From Candidatus Planktophila sp. (GTDB taxonomy: Bacteria; Actinomycetota; Actinomycetes; Nanopelagicales; Nanopelagicaceae), in NCBI GenBank assembly GCA_044351155.1, contig JBILGH010000004.1, positions 12,943 through 76,942 of the forward strand: a stretch of DNA of 64,000 bases. Direction: 5' to 3'. A model generated the notes under the pieces. The model had not been told where the DNA came from and did no database searches. It saw nothing but the letters and a program-made list of their open reading frames with translations. Positions 58,220-64,000 of the stretch are shown here, piece after piece. The position numbers and the translations under genes were made by a program. How positions within the stretch are numbered: the stretch's first letter is position 1; every line of letters starts with the position of its first letter.

Positions 58220-59077
58220 ATGGCTGATCGGCACAATCGCGATTTAGATCGCCAACCTGCGCCGTTACCTGAACCACTTCCAGTTCCTTGCGTTGATGTA
58301 CACGCACATATGGAAATTGTTACTAATGATGCGGCTGACTCTGCCGCCGTTGGTCAAGTGATCGCAGATGCCGCTTCAGTTGGAGTGAATCGAATTGTGC
58401 AAGTTGGTTATTCGGCAGAGCAATCACAGTGGTGTGTTGATGCTGCTGAGAAATGGAATACCTCAGTACTTGCAGCAGTAGCGCTGCACCCAAATGAAGC
58501 ACCAGTGGTTACTGATTTAGAAGCTGACTTAGCAATAATTGAAAAGTTAGCGCAGCGCCCGCGGGTACGCGCCATTGGTGAAACTGGCCTAGATTATTTC
58601 CGCACGCCACCAGAATTACGTAAGCGCCAACAAGATTCTTTCAAGTGGCATATTGAGTTAGCTAAGCGAACCAATAAAGCGTTAGTCATTCACGATCGCG
58701 ATTCGCATGACGATGTACTTTCAATTCTGCAAGAGGTCGGCGCTCCTGAAACGACTATATTTCACTGCTATTCAGGCGATGCCACTATGGCCAAGATCTG
58801 TATTGAGCGTGGCTATATCTTGTCATTTGCCGGCACCATCACCTTTAAGAACGCACCAGAACTTCGCGAAGCAGTGAAGTTAGTTCCCATTAATCAATTA
58901 ATGGCCGAAACTGATTCACCCTTCTTATCGCCAATGCCCAACCGAGGCGCCCTAAATGTGCCAGCTCAAGTAGCAACCGTAATTCGGGCAATGGCAGCTG
59001 AACGTGGCGAAGATTTAGCTGAATTCGCAAATGCTTTAAGCACCAATGCTGAACGTGCGTTTGGAAAGTTCAACTAA
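58220..59077 (+). CDS. tatD: TatD-family metal-dependent hydrolase/DNase
   Basis: [29 protein letters not shown]. Confidence 0.88.
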   Translation: MADRHNRDLDRQPAPLPEPLPVPCVDVHAHMEIVTNDAADSAAVGQVIADAASVGVNRIVQVGYSAEQSQWCVDAAEKWNTSVLAAVALHPNEAPVVTDLEADLAIIEKLAQRPRVRAIGETGLDYFRTPPELRKRQQDSFKWHIELAKRTNKALVIHDRDSHDDVLSILQEVGAPETTIFHCYSGDATMAKICIERGYILSFAGTITFKNAPELREAVKLVPINQLMAETDSPFLSPMPNRGALNVPAQVATVIRAMAAERGEDLAEFANALSTNAERAFGKFN

Positions 59078-59919
59078 TGTCTTTACTAGGTGCTGCTGAG
59101 ATTCGTGAATTAGCCGAACAATTAGATCTTCGACCAGCAAAGTCACTTGGTCAAAATTTTGTAATTGATGGCAATGTTTGCCAAAAAATTGTTCGCGTAG
59201 CTGGAGTCACTGCTGATGACGTTGCACTTGAAATTGGCCCAGGGTTAGGTTCGCTAACTTTGGCTCTACTTGAAGTTACCTCTAATGTGATTGCGGTTGA
59301 AATTGATCAGCGGCTAGCCGATCGCTTACCAATTACAGTTGCCGAACATAAAGATTCGAGTTACAAGTTAACTGTGATTAATACGGATGCTTTAGCGCTT
59401 CGAGAGTTACCAGTTGCACCAACTGTGTTGGTTGCTAATTTACCCTATAACGTTTCCGTGCCAGTGTTACTACACCTACTAGAAATTCTGCCTTCGCTTA
59501 ATACTGGTGTGGTCATGGTGCAGGCTGAAGTTGCTGATCGCTTAGCTGCTAAACCGGGGACCAAAGAGTACGGAATTCCTTCACTTAAGGCTTCTTGGTG
59601 GGCGCAAGTAAGTGGTGCGGGCTCGGTTTCGCGCTCTATTTTCTGGCCAGTTCCGGGGGTTGATTCAAAGTTAGTGAGCTTTAAACGTCATGAAACTCCG
59701 GGCGATGCTGTTATGCGTAAAGGTGTTTTCCAATTGATAGATGCCGCTTTTGCCCAACGCCGCAAAATGTTGCGCGCTGCACTATCGGGAATTTTCGGTA
59801 GCTCGGCAAAAGCCGAAGCAGTTCTAATTGCTGCCGGTATTGATCCAACGCTACGCGGTGAATCTTTATTAATTGATTCTTTCTGCGCCATCTATAACGC
59901 CAGCCAAAACGTAAAGTAG
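59077..59919 (+). CDS. rsmA: 16S rRNA (adenine1518/1519-N6)-dimethyltransferase
   Basis: [36 protein letters not shown] overlap with tatD. Confidence 0.93.
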   Translation: MSLLGAAEIRELAEQLDLRPAKSLGQNFVIDGNVCQKIVRVAGVTADDVALEIGPGLGSLTLALLEVTSNVIAVEIDQRLADRLPITVAEHKDSSYKLTVINTDALALRELPVAPTVLVANLPYNVSVPVLLHLLEILPSLNTGVVMVQAEVADRLAAKPGTKEYGIPSLKASWWAQVSGAGSVSRSIFWPVPGVDSKLVSFKRHETPGDAVMRKGVFQLIDAAFAQRRKMLRAALSGIFGSSAKAEAVLIAAGIDPTLRGESLLIDSFCAIYNASQNVK

Positions 59920-59928
59920 AGTTAAATC

Positions 59929-60849
59929 GTGCCCACAAATTCAGTAACCGTTCGCGTTCCTGCGAAAGTTAATTTACAACTTTCCGTTGGCCCACGCGAA
60001 GACGATGGCTTTCATGGTCTGGTCACTGTTTTTCAAGCAATTTCAATTTACGATGATTTAACCATTACTCACGCAGCACCTGGCTCAGGTTTATCGCTTT
60101 CAATTACTGGTGATCACATTGCTGGTGTGCCGGCTGATGAAACCAACTTAGCGGCTAAAGCTGCTCAGATTATTGCTAAAGAGTATGACGTTGAAATTGA
60201 TGCCACTATGCAGATTCACAAAACTATTCCGGTTGCTGGTGGAATGGCTGGCGGAAGTGCAAATGCGGCCGCAGCAATCGTGGCAATTGATGCGCTCTAT
60301 TCGTTAGGTATGACTCGCGAAGAGATGGTCAAAGTGGCACGCCAACTAGGCAGCGATGTTCCGTTCATGTTAAACGGTGGCACCGCAATTGGTCGTGGTC
60401 GTGGCGATGAACTAACTGCTGCGCTCTCAAGAGGTACTTATCATTGGGTTTTAGCGTTATCTTCAGCAGGGTTATCAACGCCATCGGTATATGCCGAATG
60501 CGATCGATTGCGCGCTGGCTTAACAATTGCTAACCCACAAGCAAGCGATAAATTAATGCAATCACTATTAGCTGCCGATGCGAATTCAGTCGGTAAACAT
60601 TTAGTCAATGATCTGCAGAGCGCCGCTTGTTCGCTACGTCCGGCACTTCGGTTAATTCTTGATGTGGGTCAAGAATACGGAGCGCTAGGTGGAATTGTTT
60701 CTGGCTCTGGACCAACTGTCGCATTTTTAGTTTCCGATGAAGAAGCTGGCTTAGATTTAGCAGTCGCACTCACCGCAAGTGGCGTAGTTGGAAGTGTGGC
60801 AAGAGCAACTGGGCCGGTACCTGGTGCTCGAGTTATTGAAACGCGTTAA
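59929..60849 (+). CDS. ispE: 4-diphosphocytidyl-2-C-methyl-D-erythritol kinase
   Basis: KVNLQLSVG and the GHMP motif IPVAGGMAGGSANAAA. GTG start. Confidence 0.9.
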   Translation: MPTNSVTVRVPAKVNLQLSVGPREDDGFHGLVTVFQAISIYDDLTITHAAPGSGLSLSITGDHIAGVPADETNLAAKAAQIIAKEYDVEIDATMQIHKTIPVAGGMAGGSANAAAAIVAIDALYSLGMTREEMVKVARQLGSDVPFMLNGGTAIGRGRGDELTAALSRGTYHWVLALSSAGLSTPSVYAECDRLRAGLTIANPQASDKLMQSLLAADANSVGKHLVNDLQSAACSLRPALRLILDVGQEYGALGGIVSGSGPTVAFLVSDEEAGLDLAVALTASGVVGSVARATGPVPGARVIETR

Positions 60850-61345
60850 CTAATTTACTTAGAAGTCGCGCTAAATCAATTTGTTCTTCTTTAGTTAGCG
60901 CCGATAACAACTCTTCTTCGCGCCCAAGTAAATCTTCTAGGGCAGCATCAACGGCGCTCATGCCAGTTTTAGTTAACGTCACCAAGCTGCCGCGCCCATC
61001 AGCGGGATCTGGTTCACGGGTGATTAGTTTTAACTCTTCTAATCGATCAAGGCGATTAGTCATCGTGCCACTTGTTACTAAAGTTTCAGCCATTAACGCA
61101 CTAGGAGATAGTTGATAAGGCGAGCCCGCACGACGTAGAGCGGCGAGAACATCAAAGCCCCAAGTTTCTAGATCAGCGAAAGCACTTCGTCGCGTCATAT
61201 CTAATTGGCGTGAAATTCTAGTCACGCGACTAAGCACCGCTAGCGGCGCAAGATCGAGATCGGGGCGTTCAGATTTCCAGGCGGCGATCAGGCGATCTAC
61301 TTCATCGCGCATTTTTACCCCCACCTCTTCTAACTTTCTTGGCAA
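60833..61345 (-). CDS. MarR-family transcriptional regulator
   Basis: 170 aa with a winged-helix core (LSPSALMAETLVTSGTMTNRLDRLEELKLITREPDPADGRGSLVTLT). Confidence 0.8.
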   Translation of the reverse strand: MPRKLEEVGVKMRDEVDRLIAAWKSERPDLDLAPLAVLSRVTRISRQLDMTRRSAFADLETWGFDVLAALRRAGSPYQLSPSALMAETLVTSGTMTNRLDRLEELKLITREPDPADGRGSLVTLTKTGMSAVDAALEDLLGREEELLSALTKEEQIDLARLLSKLVNAFQ

Positions 61346-61418
61346 TTTTCTTCAGAAATCTCGCTAAGGGCAAGGTTAATGGTCAAAAGCAGTCCCTCGG
61401 ATAAGGGAGAATACGGGT

Positions 61419-61490
61419 TCCGCCATTGTGTAGTGGCTAGCACATGGGCCTTTGAAGCCCAGGGTCCAGGATCGATACCTGGTGGCGGAG
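61419..61490 (+). tRNA. tRNA-Gln (anticodon UUG), CCA not encoded
   Basis: Acceptor TCCGCCA/TGGCGGA (U1-A72 as usual for Gln), D arm GTGT..GCAC, anticodon stem TGGGC/GCCCA with loop CTTTGAA, T arm CCAGG-ATCGATA-CCTGG, discriminator G. Confidence 0.85.
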
Positions 61491-61537
61491 CGAATGCAAA
61501 GCCAGATTGAAGTAATGGTAGGTGGCGGAGCGAATGC
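61481..61537 (+). repeat. Exact 17-nt direct repeat GGTGGCGGAGCGAATGC (61481..61497 and 61521..61537) duplicating the tRNA-Gln 3' end
   Basis: Read directly. Copy 1 spans the last 10 nt of the tRNA plus 7 nt of trailer. Copy 2 lies 23 nt further on and is preceded by a degenerate T-arm-like stretch (GCCAGATTGAAGTAATGGTA). Confidence 0.9.
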
Positions 61538-61589
61538 GAGTAAATCCGAAGTTAGAATTAAGGCCTGACTAGCAGCAGGGGAGCATCTC

Positions 61590-63002
61590 TTGGATTGTGC
61601 AATTGTCTTAGCCGCTGGCGAAGGCACCCGCATGAAATCTGCAACTCCTAAAGTCTTACATGAAATTGCTGGGCGTTCGTTACTTGGACATGTTCTAGCT
61701 GCCGTATCCGAAATTAGCCCCGCCCAACTTTGTGTTGTTGTCGGCGCTGGCCGCGAAGCAGTCGAATCACATTTGAGCCAGATCGCGCCAACTGCCAAAA
61801 CCGTTTTTCAAGATCGTCGCGGTGGCACAGGCCACGCAACTCAATTAGCACTTGCTGAGATCAAAGTTTCTGGCACCGTAATTATCTTGGCTGGCGATAC
61901 ACCGATGCTAACTGGCACTTCACTCAAAGGATTAGTTGCAACCCATAAAGCATTAGGTGCAACAGCTTCGGTTCTTACCGCTGAACATCCTGACCCAACT
62001 GGTTACGGTCGCATTATTCGTGGCGATGATGGCACTTTGTTGCGCATCGTTGAAGAGAAAGATGCCGATGAAGATCAGAAAATGATCTTTGAAATTAACT
62101 CCGGCGTTTACGCATTTGATGGCGCAAAACTTGCCAGTGCTATAACTAAATTAACTTCGGCAAATGCCCAAGGCGAACTTTATTTAACAGATGTAATTGA
62201 AATATTGCGTAACGATGGCGGAACTATTGCCGCAGTATTAATTGAAGATTTCATCGAAACTCTGGGCGTCAATGATCGTTATCAATTAGCCGAGAGTGCT
62301 GCGATGTTGCGCGATCGAATTAACGAAGCACATATGCGCAATGGGGTAACGATTGTTGACCCAACTACAACCTGGATTGATGTCCAGGCTGAAATATCTA
62401 ACGATGTAACAGTTTTCCCAAGTTCGGCGATTTTAGGAGCTTCTAAAATTGAGTGTTGCGCTGTGATTGGCCCGCGCACCACGTTAAACAATTGCCAAGT
62501 AGGGCAAGGGGCATCGGTAGTCGAATCAAACTGCACTGATTCAGTTATCGGCGCAGATGCAAGCGTTGGCCCATTTACATATTTACGCGCTGGCACTGTA
62601 CTTAAAGAGAGCAGCAAAGCTGGCGCATTCGTAGAAATTAAGAATTCCCAAGTTGGCGCAGGTTCAAAAGTCCCACATCTTTCCTATGTTGGCGATGCCA
62701 CTATCGGCGTTGGCACAAATATCGGCGCAGCCACAATTTTTGTTAACTATGACGGGGCAGAAAAGCATCCGACAGTTGTTGGCGATCATGTTCGTATAGG
62801 AAGTGACACCATGTTGGTTGCTCCAGTAAATATTGGTGACGGGGCTTACACCGCCGCTGGTTCAGTGATTACTGAAGATGTTCCGCCTGGTGCGATCGGC
62901 GTTGGCCGATCTAAGCAACGGAATGTATTAGGTTGGGTCATGCGCAAGCGCGCTGGTTCCAAGTCAGCACAAGCAGCCGAAGCAAAAGAATCGAAAGGTT
63001 AG
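61590..63002 (+). CDS. glmU: Bifunctional UDP-N-acetylglucosamine pyrophosphorylase / glucosamine-1-phosphate N-acetyltransferase
   Basis: VLAAGEGTRMKS, left-handed beta-helix hexapeptide repeats in the C-terminal half, and a TTG start with GGGGAG upstream. Confidence 0.93.
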   Translation: MDCAIVLAAGEGTRMKSATPKVLHEIAGRSLLGHVLAAVSEISPAQLCVVVGAGREAVESHLSQIAPTAKTVFQDRRGGTGHATQLALAEIKVSGTVIILAGDTPMLTGTSLKGLVATHKALGATASVLTAEHPDPTGYGRIIRGDDGTLLRIVEEKDADEDQKMIFEINSGVYAFDGAKLASAITKLTSANAQGELYLTDVIEILRNDGGTIAAVLIEDFIETLGVNDRYQLAESAAMLRDRINEAHMRNGVTIVDPTTTWIDVQAEISNDVTVFPSSAILGASKIECCAVIGPRTTLNNCQVGQGASVVESNCTDSVIGADASVGPFTYLRAGTVLKESSKAGAFVEIKNSQVGAGSKVPHLSYVGDATIGVGTNIGAATIFVNYDGAEKHPTVVGDHVRIGSDTMLVAPVNIGDGAYTAAGSVITEDVPPGAIGVGRSKQRNVLGWVMRKRAGSKSAQAAEAKESKG

Positions 63003-63005
63003 TAA

Positions 63006-63986
63006 ATGAGCGAGATCCGGTTATCTTCTGAAAAGCGCTTACGACTTTTTGCTGGCCGCGGTTTCCCTGAATTAGCTGATGAAGTTGCCGCCGAACTCGG
63101 AATTCCGCTAACTCCAACATCTGCTTACGACTTTGCTAATGGCGAAATATTTGTTCGTTTTGAAGAATCTGTTCGTGGTTGCGATGCTTTCGTAATTCAA
63201 AGCCACACCACACCAGTTAATAAGCAGATCATGGAACAACTAATCATGGTCGATGCTTTAAAGCGCGCATCAGCAAAGCGCATCACTGTTGTTGCTCCGT
63301 TCTATGGGTACGCTCGTCAAGACAAGAAGAGTCGCGGTCGCGAACCAATTACTGCCCGACTAATGGCTGATCTATTTAAGACCGCCGGCGCTGATCGTTT
63401 GATGTGCGTTGATTTACATACTTCTCAAATTCAAGGTTTCTTCGATGGTCCAGTTGATCATTTATTCGCTCTACCAATGTTGGCCAACTATGTTGGTAGT
63501 AAAGTTGATCGCAGCAAGTTAACTATCGTTTCACCAGACTCAGGTCGTGTTCGCGTTGCTGAACGTTGGTCAGATCTACTTGGTGGCTGCCCAATTGCGT
63601 TCATTCACAAAACTCGTGATCCGCGGATTCCAAATGAATCAACTACTGGCCGCGTGGTTGGTGATGTGCAGGGTCAAACTTGCGTAGTTATCGATGACAT
63701 GATCGACACAGCTGGCACCATTACTAAAGCAGTCGATGCGCTATTCGATGCGGGTGCAAAAGATGTAATTATTGCGGCCACACATGCGGTTTTCTCAGGG
63801 CCTGCCATTGAGCGCCTAAAGGGCTCCCGTGCTTCAGAAGTTGTAATTACCAATACGTTGCCAATTTCAGAAGATCAAAAATTCGATCGTTTAACCGTGC
63901 TTTCGATTGCCCCACTTCTTGGTCGGGCAATTCGTGAAGTATTCGAAGATGGCTCGGTCACCAGCCTCTTTGATGGCCATTCCTAA
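63006..63986 (+). CDS. prs: Ribose-phosphate pyrophosphokinase
   Basis: FANGEIFVRFEESVRG and the PRPP loop VIDDMIDTAGT. Confidence 0.95.
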   Translation: MSEIRLSSEKRLRLFAGRGFPELADEVAAELGIPLTPTSAYDFANGEIFVRFEESVRGCDAFVIQSHTTPVNKQIMEQLIMVDALKRASAKRITVVAPFYGYARQDKKSRGREPITARLMADLFKTAGADRLMCVDLHTSQIQGFFDGPVDHLFALPMLANYVGSKVDRSKLTIVSPDSGRVRVAERWSDLLGGCPIAFIHKTRDPRIPNESTTGRVVGDVQGQTCVVIDDMIDTAGTITKAVDALFDAGAKDVIIAATHAVFSGPAIERLKGSRASEVVITNTLPISEDQKFDRLTVLSIAPLLGRAIREVFEDGSVTSLFDGHS

Positions 63987-64000
63987 GCGCGATTTGCGCT

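Overview
This window reads as a gene-dense, streamlined chromosome segment from the Actinomycetota. GC content is in the mid-40s percent, judged by eye from sampled lines and not computed. I call about 62 protein genes, 3 tRNAs, 1 CIRCE operator and 3 hairpin terminators.

The gene order is a chain of core synteny blocks known from Mycobacterium, Streptomyces and Corynebacterium:
- gpmA / phoU / senX3-regX3
- lpqE-like / carD-ispDF-cysS-rlmB
- ppk-mutT1 / ppx
- DUF3263-groEL
- DUF3027-csp-DUF2530-MFS ... serC-pdxH / citA
- fmdB ... 5-formyl-THF cyclo-ligase / moeA-like-rimJ-membrane protein
- pmt / rsmI-metG-tatD-rsmA-ispE
- tRNA-Gln-glmU-prs

A maltodextrin/alpha-glucan utilisation locus sits in the middle (27.2-38.4 kb). 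It has three GH13 enzymes, MalEFG-type transporter parts and two flanking esterases. A slightly lower-GC stretch follows (39.8-44.3 kb) with a membrane GGDEF protein, an orphan secreted coiled-coil protein, an SDR and a saccharopine-dehydrogenase-like enzyme.

Packing is extreme. There are many 1-4 nt start/stop overlaps (TAATG, ATGA), zero-spacer convergent stops, and divergent gene pairs only 11-17 nt apart.

I see no integrase, transposase, CRISPR array, phage genes, toxin-antitoxin pair or recognisable defence system. I cannot honestly point to a clear-cut undescribed multi-gene system. The items most worth a second look are:
- an internally deleted, motif-degenerate MoeA/gephyrin-like protein in a Glp-RimJ-GlpR-type cluster
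- a histidine-free CopC-like protein coupled to a CopD/CtaG fusion
- the orphan secreted coiled-coil protein next to the GGDEF sensor
- a 17-nt exact duplication of the tRNA-Gln 3' end
- an IspD-IspF fusion
- a SenX3-type kinase with no membrane anchor

All product calls rest on motif recognition by eye and remembered synteny. No similarity search was run.
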